From Candidatus Thorarchaeota archaeon (lineage in GTDB: Archaea > Asgardarchaeota > Thorarchaeia > Thorarchaeales > Thorarchaeaceae), in contig JAOUFI010000003.1 in NCBI GenBank assembly GCA_029858305.1, positions 1 through 64,000 on the forward strand: a stretch of 64,000 bases of DNA. Direction: 5' to 3'. The notes beneath the pieces are model-generated. The model worked only from the letters and a program-made list of their open reading frames with translations, did not search any database and was not told the origin of the DNA. Each line of letters starts with the position of its first letter. Position 1 is the first letter of the stretch. A program made the position numbers and the translations under genes. Below, one piece after another: positions 17,049 to 27,028 of the stretch.

Positions 17049-19121
17049 TTAATTTTCAACAGCTAGTTCCTCAGAGTCTTCAGGAATGTCTTCATAGAGA
17101 TCCTTCTCTTTTCCCTTAAAAGCCCTAAGAAGGGCCTGAGTTTCAATTCCAAACATTGGAAGCATTGCTGAGATCATCAAGAATGCACCCAGCCAAACGA
17201 AAGACACGAGAGGAAGTATTTTTGTATGAACTGTCACTTGGTATATGTTTGGTGCAACGAGTGTAAAACCAGTGACTGCGATGAATATATCTCGAAATGC
17301 GTTTGTCTGCAGGTATACTTGGTGAGTTATCATGTTCCAATCAGGATTGCCCGTGATTACAGCATAGCCTATTCCTACTATTATACTATTATTTGAACTA
17401 TCTATTTCAATAACCTGTAATGTCACAACCATATTGAAATCTCTCTCATTCACCCAGTATTGTAAATTGATGTCAGTCACTTGAATGTAGGTGCCTGGCG
17501 CAATCTCTTGAACACTGTTTTCTACAAAACCAGCATTACTTTCATACACGACGTGCTCGCTCATGAAGACACCTAGAAGTAGTATGATAAGTCCAAGGTG
17601 AAGCATTAGACGACCTATTTCACGAGTACTCACAATCTTGTCCTTTCCTATCATCTGCCTGACGAATGCAATTACAAGAAATGCAATTGCTCCGACCGCA
17701 GGCAACACAAGTAGGTTAGCTGGCCAGAAGTTCGTGGGCAAAGGTCCAGCTCCACCAAACACTGAAAGACCTGCCATTATGCCACCAATGGTGAATAGAG
17801 AAAGCATAATGATTAGTCGTACACGGTTGTTCAGAAATCTAGATTTCAAGCAGAAGAATGCTGAACCTACAAGAAACACACATGCAGCATAGAATCCATA
17901 TTGAAAGAACTCAATTCCTATTCCAATTTGATTGTCTGCTAGATTGGCAGGATCAAGAATTGCCATGCCCAAATTGAAAACCGCTGGATATGCGACACCA
18001 ACTGTGGATGTTGCTGCTACTATGAGCAGACCGATGAAAGCTGTTTTGATTGAGAGTAATCGAATATCTTTCTCCTTGAAAAAGCCAAATACTTCTTCAG
18101 TTTCATCATCAGACATATCACGATAACCAGAATATGTAGTTACAAGCGATCCAAGTATCAAGGTGAAAAGAAGCGTCGCAAGCATGGTCCAGCTCACGAT
18201 GGAAATTCCAAAACCATGGACAGAATTCAGAATTCCACTCCTTGTAACCCATGTTGCGAAAATAACGGTGACATAAGCCATGACAAGAAATGAGTCACGT
18301 AAGACATCATTCTTCCTGAAAATAGGTCTTGCATGATAATATGCAGTTAATAGTAGCCATGGTATTAGTGATGTTGTTTCGACCGGGTCCCATGCCCAAT
18401 AGCCACCCCATCCCAAGACAATATAAGCCCAATACCCACCAATCGCGATACCAGCTGAGAGCATCAACCAAGCAAAGACTGTTGTGAAGCGCACATAGGC
18501 ATTGATCACTGGAATTGGCTCCTTATTACGCTCCTCGCTGCGAAGGGTGAATCCCGCAATCTTTATTGAAAAAGGCACTAAAATCAATGCATATGCAATG
18601 AATATAATCGGTGGATGAATCACGTTCCAGATAGTGGAAAGTAGTGGATTTAGCCCATGTCCATCCGACGGAACTATTCCTTCGATTAATCTAAAGGGAT
18701 CAGCTGCTAATGCATTCACAGCAACAAGGACAGATGAGACCACCATGATAATAGCTGCTCGGTATACGAGCTTATCATCTTCGTATCCTCGACTTAGTAG
18801 TCTAAATCCAAAGTACAGAATGAATGATAGAAATGTCCAAAAGATGAGCGACCCTGATTGTCCAGCCCACAAAGCCGAGATTTTCAACAAAAGACTTGCC
18901 TCGATATTTGTTACTTGGGTAACATATTCGTATTGAAACTGATTTAGGAAAATCATTGTGCCCATCCATAGCAGAGTTCCTGTTGCAGCTATAAAACCAA
19001 TAAAGGAAGCAATGATTGAATACCGTTCATAGTTCTCAATTTTTGGACCCACCACCAGAATGAGGGCATCCAAAATTCCTGCTACAATCGTAGCAATTAG
19101 TAATATTGTACCAATATCCAT
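17049..19121 (-). CDS. ccmF: Cytochrome c biogenesis heme lyase CcmF
   Basis: WAGQSGSL, GLNPLL...HPP, WGGYWAWDPVE (WWD domain), TRSG...SVH, MLHLG. Confidence 0.95.
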   Translation of the reverse strand: MDIGTILLIATIVAGILDALILVVGPKIENYERYSIIASFIGFIAATGTLLWMGTMIFLNQFQYEYVTQVTNIEASLLLKISALWAGQSGSLIFWTFLSFILYFGFRLLSRGYEDDKLVYRAAIIMVVSSVLVAVNALAADPFRLIEGIVPSDGHGLNPLLSTIWNVIHPPIIFIAYALILVPFSIKIAGFTLRSEERNKEPIPVINAYVRFTTVFAWLMLSAGIAIGGYWAYIVLGWGGYWAWDPVETTSLIPWLLLTAYYHARPIFRKNDVLRDSFLVMAYVTVIFATWVTRSGILNSVHGFGISIVSWTMLATLLFTLILGSLVTTYSGYRDMSDDETEEVFGFFKEKDIRLLSIKTAFIGLLIVAATSTVGVAYPAVFNLGMAILDPANLADNQIGIGIEFFQYGFYAACVFLVGSAFFCLKSRFLNNRVRLIIMLSLFTIGGIMAGLSVFGGAGPLPTNFWPANLLVLPAVGAIAFLVIAFVRQMIGKDKIVSTREIGRLMLHLGLIILLLGVFMSEHVVYESNAGFVENSVQEIAPGTYIQVTDINLQYWVNERDFNMVVTLQVIEIDSSNNSIIVGIGYAVITGNPDWNMITHQVYLQTNAFRDIFIAVTGFTLVAPNIYQVTVHTKILPLVSFVWLGAFLMISAMLPMFGIETQALLRAFKGKEKDLYEDIPEDSEELAVEN

Positions 19122-19142
19122 AGTAGTTTCACCTGAGCAATC

Positions 19143-21317
19143 TTATCTCGTTCTACTTGATCCTCGCCGCCTCGCTCTTCTTTTTGCGTCTTTCTTTCCT
19201 TCGCGTTGGGCTTCTCTATATCTTCCCCTCTTCCTCTGAACATAGATATAGCCCACACCCGGTGCAGATACGAGCCCTAGTGTTGTAACAATCTGAAAAG
19301 CTGTCCATGGTGATATATAGAAAACGGGTCCAATTACTGTGAGTATATAGAGCCTGCTTTCACCGACATTACCAGACTCATCCATCACCAGAAAGAAGAA
19401 TGCTATTTGATCATTTGCGTTGAATTGTCCAAGTCCAGTGCGCCATATTATTATCTCATCTTCAATCCCTATTGGCGTCATATTTTTGACTATATATGAG
19501 CCTCCATTCAGTTTCCACCAAATCTCACAAGAATTCGTATGGCTTTGTACTGGAAACTCGTAGGTTTCTATGTCTATTATAATATCATCACCTGCTCGGA
19601 CATCACCAGTAGGATAGATGGCGCGAAGCTCGACTGTAGGGGGAAATGTGTCAGTACGTACAATGAAATAGTAAATCCCAGCAATGAAAACACGACCTGT
19701 TGTATCATTGGCAAAGACCTCGAAATTCACTTGAGTGCTATCCTCGAAAGATTCAATCGAATTGTTGTAGACTCCTCCAATCTGTGGATTTGCCAATAAA
19801 GGAAGAATTCCTCGCGTCTCAACACCACCTAAGTTCATTGTATAATTGACAAATACAGTGTCTATGCCATCAGCATCAAGTGCACTTACAGAAAAATCAA
19901 CATTATCCTGAGGCCGAGGATTTGTTGGCGATATCCTGACACGACTGACAATGGGTAGCCCGTAGCCCCATATGCGTTCCAAACCAACTATAGCTTGGGC
20001 TTGCACCGCAGTATAATGAATTTCCCATTCGGGAGAAAAGACCTGCCATTCCTGGTTACTATTAGCTAGAAAACCCTCATGGTCATAGTCCCACAGCCAA
20101 TTCAAAACAAGCTCTAGAGTATCAACAATCAGTCTAATAACATAGATTGAATCGCTTACTTCATACAAATCCTCAAGTGCCGTTGTCATCTGGAACTGAA
20201 TCTCAGTATACTTGTAGTACTTCACATCTTCATCTTCGAGGGGATCATACGGAACACCATCAACCGTTTCTGTATACCAACCACCATTCGGGCCGTCCCA
20301 GTTATTGGTGAGGAGCACTTCAAAGATCTGGTTAGCCGCAGCAAGATATGTCGCGTTTCCGGTTACATTGTATCCATTTACTAGTGCTCTAATCGCCATC
20401 GCATTAAGGTCAGTTACGATTGAATGCCCGACGCTAGCTCCAGCAGGCACAACAACAGTCCCGCCGCTACGATCTACTACCAGCTTTATGCCCATTAACT
20501 CCATTTCATAGTAGTACTTCATATGAAGTAACATGAATGACATTGCGCTATCTGCCATATCAACAAGTGTTGCATTTCCTAACGAAAAACCAGCATCATA
20601 GAGGACCGCGGCTCCAAGAGCAAGGTGATCAAGTCTTTTTCCGTCATTTGGATATGCTTCATCAAAGGATGAAGACACATTCAATGAACCATTTCTCATT
20701 GTATAGTAAAAGAAACCTCCGTAGATTGGATCATAGAGCATATCGGCAAGACAACTCACAGCACTCGCCTTTTCATCTGTGAAATCAAGAGACGAGTTTG
20801 TAGACTCTGCAATTTCAAGAGCCCAATAGGCATATGCTTGGACTCCTGGTCTCTTTGTTTGCCTTACTTCAATTCCTGAGAATTCATTGACATAATAACC
20901 GGAATATATAGGATCCATGAAGGTGCTGACCATTCTATTTGCTGCCCTACTCATCGCAATTCGGTAGGTTTCATTGTTTAAGACTTGGTACGCTTTTGAT
21001 AGAGCGGATATTGCCCAGTAGTAGCTGGCAAGACTAGTCTCCTCAAGAGGACCTATCGTTTGATTGGCACCGCCATCATGAAAGACTCTTCCTGTTGTCA
21101 CATTCATGTGATGATTAATCATAATATCGGCAGTAACCTCTAAATAATCACGGTATGAAGATATGTTGTACTCTGGTTCTTGCGATAATACTATTGACCT
21201 TGCGCTTTGATTGATATCCAATCTATACTCAGGAGTATCAGCTAGATTTGCACCCTGAGCTGGTGCGTTCAACATTAAAGTGGCTAATATTATCGTGACG
21301 ATGATTATTTTCTTCAT
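19143..21317 (-). CDS. Secreted/membrane-anchored (alpha/alpha)6-barrel protein (AGE/YyaL/glycoside hydrolase-like) with Ig-like domains
   Basis: Signal peptide MKKIIIV; recurring DPIYSGYY / DPIYGGFF / WDGPNGGWY / WDYDHEGF motifs; C-terminal TM helix and basic tail. Confidence 0.6.
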   Translation of the reverse strand: MKKIIIVTIILATLMLNAPAQGANLADTPEYRLDINQSARSIVLSQEPEYNISSYRDYLEVTADIMINHHMNVTTGRVFHDGGANQTIGPLEETSLASYYWAISALSKAYQVLNNETYRIAMSRAANRMVSTFMDPIYSGYYVNEFSGIEVRQTKRPGVQAYAYWALEIAESTNSSLDFTDEKASAVSCLADMLYDPIYGGFFYYTMRNGSLNVSSSFDEAYPNDGKRLDHLALGAAVLYDAGFSLGNATLVDMADSAMSFMLLHMKYYYEMELMGIKLVVDRSGGTVVVPAGASVGHSIVTDLNAMAIRALVNGYNVTGNATYLAAANQIFEVLLTNNWDGPNGGWYTETVDGVPYDPLEDEDVKYYKYTEIQFQMTTALEDLYEVSDSIYVIRLIVDTLELVLNWLWDYDHEGFLANSNQEWQVFSPEWEIHYTAVQAQAIVGLERIWGYGLPIVSRVRISPTNPRPQDNVDFSVSALDADGIDTVFVNYTMNLGGVETRGILPLLANPQIGGVYNNSIESFEDSTQVNFEVFANDTTGRVFIAGIYYFIVRTDTFPPTVELRAIYPTGDVRAGDDIIIDIETYEFPVQSHTNSCEIWWKLNGGSYIVKNMTPIGIEDEIIIWRTGLGQFNANDQIAFFFLVMDESGNVGESRLYILTVIGPVFYISPWTAFQIVTTLGLVSAPGVGYIYVQRKRGRYREAQREGKKDAKRRARRRGSSRTR

Positions 21318-21403
21318 TCTTTTTCTTTCCTTGTGAAATGTTTCGCGCAATTGCGATGTGCTTTTAAAATTCGGGTTGTGGCTGTATCGGATTGCCTAGA
21401 GCT

Positions 21404-21447
21404 GAAAGAAAAAGGGGTTCCAGATGCCGAAGCATCTGGTATTGCCC
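21404..21447 (-). terminator. cUUCGg hairpin + U-tract after the multiheme cytochrome gene
   Basis: Minus strand CCAGATGC-TTCG-GCATCTGG (21420-21439) followed by AACCCCTTTTTCTTTC. Confidence 0.7.
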
Positions 21448-21473
21448 GTACGTGTGTTTGTTTCTCGCAGCGT

Positions 21474-22847
21474 CTATCGACGTCTGCCAACCAATACTCC
21501 TAGGAGCAAGCCAACAAGAATACCACCAGCGGCTCCACCAACAATAATCAGAGTGTCTGCGCTAAATCCAGCAGGTGCTGGTAGATTCTCATAGTAGTAT
21601 GCCTTAGCATCTAGGAGATCTCTAAACGCAGAATTGATCGCATCAAATGTCTCCATTGGATCGTGGAAACCAGATGAACCATCATAGCCGTAATAGCCAA
21701 CAGTGGTTGAAGCAGCGTCAATCTCATCTTGCACATAGTTGGCAAGAGTGATATTTGCGCCAGCTGTCGCATTGTAAGCTGCTACTGCTGTTTCGAGGGC
21801 TGATGCTTCAGCTTCGAAATCTGCTACGAGGGCATCGTATGATGACATAATCTCTTCTAGTTGGTTGATAGCCCACGCTTCTTGTCCTTCATGGCACTCA
21901 GGTGCCTGACCACAGGCGTCTTCTGGGAGAACAGCAAAGGTATGGTTCATTTCAGGTCCATGTGAACCTTGTACAAAACCATGACAATCTGTACACTCAA
22001 CAATGCCGGTCAAGTCATGTGCGCCACCCGTCCATACATTGATGGTCGTGTGACGGGCTGAATTACCGTGGCAGAGACCACAGAGTTCTGTGGAATTCTC
22101 AGCCCATATCTGAGCTGGGTTCACTACCTGTGCGTCATGGATAGCGTGACATGCGGGACAAGTGATAGCGTTGTAGTTGCCTTCGGGATCAAGGTCATCG
22201 TCTTCACCGAAGAAGCCGTTGTAACCGAGGAATCCCTCAGCTGACATGCAGTGCATACAGTCTGATCCTGCATGGCTACTTGTTCTTAGATCTGTAAGTG
22301 AGTTGGCATGAGCCGATTCGGTGTAACCTTCGAGGCCACCGTGCCCTTCATGGATGTGACAAGAGGCACAAACACTACCATTTACTGAGTAGTATGGTGT
22401 GGATGTGTCATGACATGTCAGACAGTTGGTTCCAAATCCATCATGTGTATATGGATAGTCCGTGGCGTTACGCTCCGGAGTCCAACCAATTGCATGACAC
22501 TGAGCACATGTCGCGTTCCAAGCCAAATAGGTTCGTTCGCGAGCACCATTGACCGTGACGTTGCCTGATGTTTCATTATAGTATATTAGGTAACCTGAGT
22601 GGGTGGTCATATTCCAATATTCCCATGTCTGGTTATGACATTCACCTGTCAGGCATGAAACACCATTTTCTTGGTCAGGGGTTGCGAGTTCATGCGCCTC
22701 ACGTACTCTGTCAACGGATAATGTGACAGGTATTCCAGATCCCGTTGGTCCTAGGAGAATGGCGAAACCGATTAGGCAGAGGAACAGGTAATAACCCGCT
22801 ACCATCCGCTTATTGACCCCAGGGGTCTCTTCAGTGTAGTACACCAT
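21474..22847 (-). CDS. Membrane-anchored multiheme c-type cytochrome (NrfA/ONR/HAO-like superfamily)
   Basis: Six CxxCH (CAQCH, CLTCH, CASCH, CPACH, CGLCH, CTDCH), plus CLTGECH, CGQAPECH and CMHCM. Helical C-terminus with DGSSGFHDP; N-terminal signal/TM and C-terminal TM followed by RRR. Confidence 0.88.
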   Translation of the reverse strand: MVYYTEETPGVNKRMVAGYYLFLCLIGFAILLGPTGSGIPVTLSVDRVREAHELATPDQENGVSCLTGECHNQTWEYWNMTTHSGYLIYYNETSGNVTVNGARERTYLAWNATCAQCHAIGWTPERNATDYPYTHDGFGTNCLTCHDTSTPYYSVNGSVCASCHIHEGHGGLEGYTESAHANSLTDLRTSSHAGSDCMHCMSAEGFLGYNGFFGEDDDLDPEGNYNAITCPACHAIHDAQVVNPAQIWAENSTELCGLCHGNSARHTTINVWTGGAHDLTGIVECTDCHGFVQGSHGPEMNHTFAVLPEDACGQAPECHEGQEAWAINQLEEIMSSYDALVADFEAEASALETAVAAYNATAGANITLANYVQDEIDAASTTVGYYGYDGSSGFHDPMETFDAINSAFRDLLDAKAYYYENLPAPAGFSADTLIIVGGAAGGILVGLLLGVLVGRRR

Positions 22848-23162
22848 TGGTTTTCACCAAACTCTAAGTTTAGGGTTTGTAACTTCCCGACGTATCGCAA
22901 TAAAAAGATGTTCCTTCTAAGGGTATATTAACTATAGATTTTCTTACAAGTTGTAATATTTTGGTTTCAAAATGGTATATAAATTATTATCACGCAAAAT
23001 AAAAAATGCGACTTTAGATATTCTCAGTTACAAAAATGACTGTATTTTGCTTATTATAACAGTCAAATTGAAATCATTTAGTGTTTCAGTAGGATATATA
23101 GATGTATGTTCCGTAACATTTTAAGCAGGGTCGATTACTGACGGAACCCAATAACAAGGAGA

Positions 23163-23187
23163 TATTTCTCGGATAAAACCGAGAATA
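23163..23187. promoter_or_regulatory. Inverted repeat in the divergent promoter region
   Basis: TATTTCTCGG-ATAAAA-CCGAGAATA, ~20 bp upstream of the 23208 start, in an AT-rich divergent intergenic region. Confidence 0.35.
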
Positions 23188-23207
23188 TACGATTCGGTGG
23201 CCACCAT

Positions 23208-24404
23208 ATGAAACGTAAAGTCAGAATTGGACTTGTTCTAGTTGCGGCAATAGTCATTATTATGCTTGCAGCAGGCAATGCCTTTGCTCATAGCGAATAC
23301 GAAGTAGACTGTTCAACATGCCACGATGTTTCATCAGGCATGTCAATAACCACAGTATCGACAATAAACACAGGCCCAGGAGAAACTTTTCAGGTTGACG
23401 TTGTTGCGACTGGGTTGGCTCAAGATGTCTTTGTGCTACGCATACCGACTGATGTGGCCGATAATGACCAATTCACAATAAATGTGCCAGCGAACACAGA
23501 GAATCCAGGACTTGTTGAAGACAATGATGCACTAGACTTGGATTCGAACAACAATGGAATTCATGCAATCTACAATATTACAGCTCCCGCATTTTCTGGA
23601 ACATACACACTAATCATCTGGGCAGCTCAACATACTGACAATGGAATCAGTAGATCAATAACTGTAAATGTGATTGAGGGAGGTCCAGGTCCGTCAATTG
23701 GAGCACCATCAACAACGCCACAAGTTCCACTTGCGAACGAAGAATTCACTGTCACGGTTACTATTTCATCCTCAGATACTATAACCTATGTCAGACTGCA
23801 GTATAGTATTGATGGTGGGATTAATTGGCTGAATGTTACAATGTCTGAGTCAGGTGGTTTATATTCTGGTACAATACCCGGATTACCGAATAATCAGGAA
23901 GTGCACTGGCGAATCGTGGCAGCTGATTCTTCTGGAGAGAGAGTTAGTGCTACCTTAACATTCACTGTCGGCGTAATTCCGATAGAGCCTATAGAGATTC
24001 CCCAATTTCATTATGGATGGTTGCTAGGGGCGCCAGCTTTGGTTATTGCCTACATTGGCACGGCTCTCGAGTATTATGATGAAGAGCGATTCACGAGAAT
24101 CCATGGTATGATGCTAGGCATCGCTTATGTATTAACATCCATTAACGTTGTAAGTCTAGTAATGGAACCTGCAGGCGTTTGGGCCGCGATGAATCCTGTC
24201 TATCTGTTCGATCTGAGTAACATGCTCATATTCATGCATGCTTGGCATATCTGGCTTGGCATAATCAGCATGGTTCTGGGCACTCTTGCACTCATAACAC
24301 ATCTTGGAGGGTGGAAGACATGCAATCTTGGATTACCAGCAGTTGTGCTATGGACTATTCTGGGAATAATGGGCTTCTATCTAGGAGAGGTATTTGTTCC
24401 GTGA
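23208..24404 (+). CDS. Mono-heme c beta-domain + Ig-like domain + His-rich multi-TM (cytochrome b561-like) membrane domain
   Basis: Signal peptide, DCSTCH; C-terminal TM helices carrying RIHGMML, FMHAWHIWLG and LITHLGG. Confidence 0.75.
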   Translation: MKRKVRIGLVLVAAIVIIMLAAGNAFAHSEYEVDCSTCHDVSSGMSITTVSTINTGPGETFQVDVVATGLAQDVFVLRIPTDVADNDQFTINVPANTENPGLVEDNDALDLDSNNNGIHAIYNITAPAFSGTYTLIIWAAQHTDNGISRSITVNVIEGGPGPSIGAPSTTPQVPLANEEFTVTVTISSSDTITYVRLQYSIDGGINWLNVTMSESGGLYSGTIPGLPNNQEVHWRIVAADSSGERVSATLTFTVGVIPIEPIEIPQFHYGWLLGAPALVIAYIGTALEYYDEERFTRIHGMMLGIAYVLTSINVVSLVMEPAGVWAAMNPVYLFDLSNMLIFMHAWHIWLGIISMVLGTLALITHLGGWKTCNLGLPAVVLWTILGIMGFYLGEVFVP

Positions 24405-24414
24405 GGTGATTGAA

Positions 24415-25875
24415 ATGTCAAATACTGATATAGAAACTACAATCACACAAACTCCCGAGAAAGCAACAATAATAGAGATGCTGAAGGGAGTAGTGGGAGA
24501 AGAGAGAGTTTCAGACTCTGAGTTAGAAAGAGTGGTCTATAGTGGAGATCCTGCAGTACTACCTCAGTATCACTACAGATGGAAGAGAAAATACCTTGCT
24601 GATTACGCTGTCCGAGTTGAAAGTGAAGAAGAGATAGAAGGTATTCTGAAAATCGCACGTGAACATAACATACCTGTTGTCCCCAGAGGTGGAGCCTCAA
24701 GCTGTATGAGTTCTTCAAGCCCTAGCCGTGGAGGAATATCTCTCGATCTCAAGCCAATGAACAAGATACTAGAGATTAACAAAAAGGGTATGTTCGTAAG
24801 AGTCGAACCCGGAGTCACGTTCGAAGGACTTGCAAATAGCTTAGATAAAGAAAATCTCACTTTAGGTATCTATCCATCCAGTGCAAAGTCTGCAGTTATC
24901 GGAGGCTGGATTGCATGTGGAGGCAGAGGTGGAATCGGCACTCCATTCTATGGTGGACTTAAGGACCATATCTTGTCATTATCCGTCATAGGAGGAGATG
25001 GCGAAGTCAAGTTGTTAGAGGGAGATGATATCGACATCCTTCTACATTCCTATGGAATATTGGGTGTCATCTTTGAAATCAAACTGAAGGTACATGAGAA
25101 CGTTCGTGAATACAAGTCATTTAGTTATGGATTTAGAACAACCGATGAACTCTGCAATGCAATGGTGGAAATCACTAAGCTTGAGGTCAAGCCAATTTAT
25201 CTAAAAATTGCAGATGACGAGCTGCAGAAATTCAGCAATCCACTCGAAATCGGTAAGTACGTTCTATCAGTGACTTATGTCGATACACCATCAGATATCC
25301 CGCTCGAGGACTTGAAGTCGATCACTGGAAAATATGATGGCGTGTATATCAGCGATGAATTCTCCAAGAAGGAGTGGGATTTGAGGTATGATGCAGAATT
25401 CAATCCCAAAGAACATACAGAGACCTTGATGTTTCAAGAATTCTGGATGCCTGTTGAAAAAGTATCTAAGATGCTTTCAAAATATGAATCATATCGACGT
25501 TCGCACAGGATTCCAGCCCTATGGTTTGGGATGCTTGGTTCTCATAACGAAATGAGACTAGAACTCATGGCAATGATAGATGCAGCTCAGTACCTCAAAT
25601 TCATCTCAAGTAAGGGAATCTTGCACAAGATGATGAAGAGAGCAATCAAATTGGGAGGAGGACCATATACGATCGGTCTTCAGAATTCAATATACATGTC
25701 TCGTGCCTATCCAGCACGATTGACAGAGATGCAAGAGGCGAAGAAGAAGTGGGACCCTAACGGAATCATGAATCCGGATAGAGTCACAAGTTGTTTGACA
25801 TCATTCAGAAGAATAGATGTGCTCTTCTTGCTTGCTACTGCGTTTCGAAGACTCTCAAAATATGTAGGTGGGTGA
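24415..25875 (+). CDS. FAD-linked oxidoreductase (GlcD/Dld-like)
   Basis: VVPRGGASS, YPSSAKSAVIGGWIA, YGILGVI, WDPNGIMNP; GAGGTG SD before ATG 24415. Confidence 0.88.
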   Translation: MSNTDIETTITQTPEKATIIEMLKGVVGEERVSDSELERVVYSGDPAVLPQYHYRWKRKYLADYAVRVESEEEIEGILKIAREHNIPVVPRGGASSCMSSSSPSRGGISLDLKPMNKILEINKKGMFVRVEPGVTFEGLANSLDKENLTLGIYPSSAKSAVIGGWIACGGRGGIGTPFYGGLKDHILSLSVIGGDGEVKLLEGDDIDILLHSYGILGVIFEIKLKVHENVREYKSFSYGFRTTDELCNAMVEITKLEVKPIYLKIADDELQKFSNPLEIGKYVLSVTYVDTPSDIPLEDLKSITGKYDGVYISDEFSKKEWDLRYDAEFNPKEHTETLMFQEFWMPVEKVSKMLSKYESYRRSHRIPALWFGMLGSHNEMRLELMAMIDAAQYLKFISSKGILHKMMKRAIKLGGGPYTIGLQNSIYMSRAYPARLTEMQEAKKKWDPNGIMNPDRVTSCLTSFRRIDVLFLLATAFRRLSKYVGG

Positions 25876-25884
25876 ATCGTTACA

Positions 25885-27009
25885 ATGAATATCGATAATC
25901 TTTCAGAAATACTACGGAATTGTGGTTCATGTAATTATTGTAGAGACACATGTCCTATGTATATCGAGCTAAAATCGGAGCTTGACAGTCCAGGAGGAAA
26001 ACTACGAGCTCTACGAGCATATGCCACTAAAATGAGGAATCCACCAATCGAGCTCCTACAGAGACTCTACTGTGCAGACTGTCGTCGTTGTGAAGCAATA
26101 TGTCCTGCTGGAGTCCCTGTCACAACCATCTGGCATGATGCCAAGAAACAACTACTAAAAACAGGAGCAGAGATGACAGAGTCACTTCAGAAAGTCCTCG
26201 ATTGGATAGAGAAAGAAGGGACACCCTTCATCGGATATGAATCTGATGATAGAACTTTATGGGCTGAAGATCTAAAGCTTCCTCCAGAATCAAATACAGC
26301 GATATTTTCAGGTTGCATGGGTTCATTCTGGTATCCAGATCAACCTGAAACAGTAGTCGACATGTTGCATAAATTAAATGTCAATGCAGGCTATGTGCCC
26401 AGCGAAGTCTGTTGTGGTCTATTCAACTACTGGGCAGGTGATGATGAGGGATTCGAAAAAGTAGTTCGCAAGAATTACGAGATGTTCAAGAAAGCAGGAG
26501 TCGACCATATTGTCACCGGTTGCGGTGGTTGCTATGGCACACTGGCAGAACATTATCCCCACATAATTCCCGACTTTGATATCAAGATTCTGCATACAGT
26601 AGAAGTCTTGGCGGATATGGTTCGCAACGGAGTTCTCACGTTCGAAGAGTTGGAAGGGAGCTATACTTATCACGATAGTTGTCATCTCGGAAGAGCTTTG
26701 GGTATCTATGAACCCCCAAGAGAGATCATAAAGGCGATTCCCGGACTTGAGTTCGTTGAGATGAAAAACAGCAGAGAAAGTTCGAACTGTTGTGGTGGTT
26801 TCCTTTCAGTTCTCGATCCAGATTTAGCTGAATCTGTAGGAAGACGGAGAGTTGCAGAAGCAGAAGAACTAGGAGTTGATGGGATTATCACGACATGCGT
26901 GTCGTGTTATAAGAACCTCAGCTATAATGCAAGGGAAACAAAGCTGAAAGTCATTCAGCTTGATGAACTAATACTAGATAAAGCTAGATCCTCTCAAGTA
27001 GGGGGGTAG
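25885..27009 (+). CDS. Fe-S oxidoreductase, GlcF/HdrD family (CCG domains)
   Basis: CGSCNYCRDTCP, CADCRRCEAICP, VCCG, YHDSCHLGR, NCCGG. Confidence 0.9.
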   Translation: MNIDNLSEILRNCGSCNYCRDTCPMYIELKSELDSPGGKLRALRAYATKMRNPPIELLQRLYCADCRRCEAICPAGVPVTTIWHDAKKQLLKTGAEMTESLQKVLDWIEKEGTPFIGYESDDRTLWAEDLKLPPESNTAIFSGCMGSFWYPDQPETVVDMLHKLNVNAGYVPSEVCCGLFNYWAGDDEGFEKVVRKNYEMFKKAGVDHIVTGCGGCYGTLAEHYPHIIPDFDIKILHTVEVLADMVRNGVLTFEELEGSYTYHDSCHLGRALGIYEPPREIIKAIPGLEFVEMKNSRESSNCCGGFLSVLDPDLAESVGRRRVAEAEELGVDGIITTCVSCYKNLSYNARETKLKVIQLDELILDKARSSQVGG

Positions 27010-27028
27010 GAAGAGTTACATAGAAACA

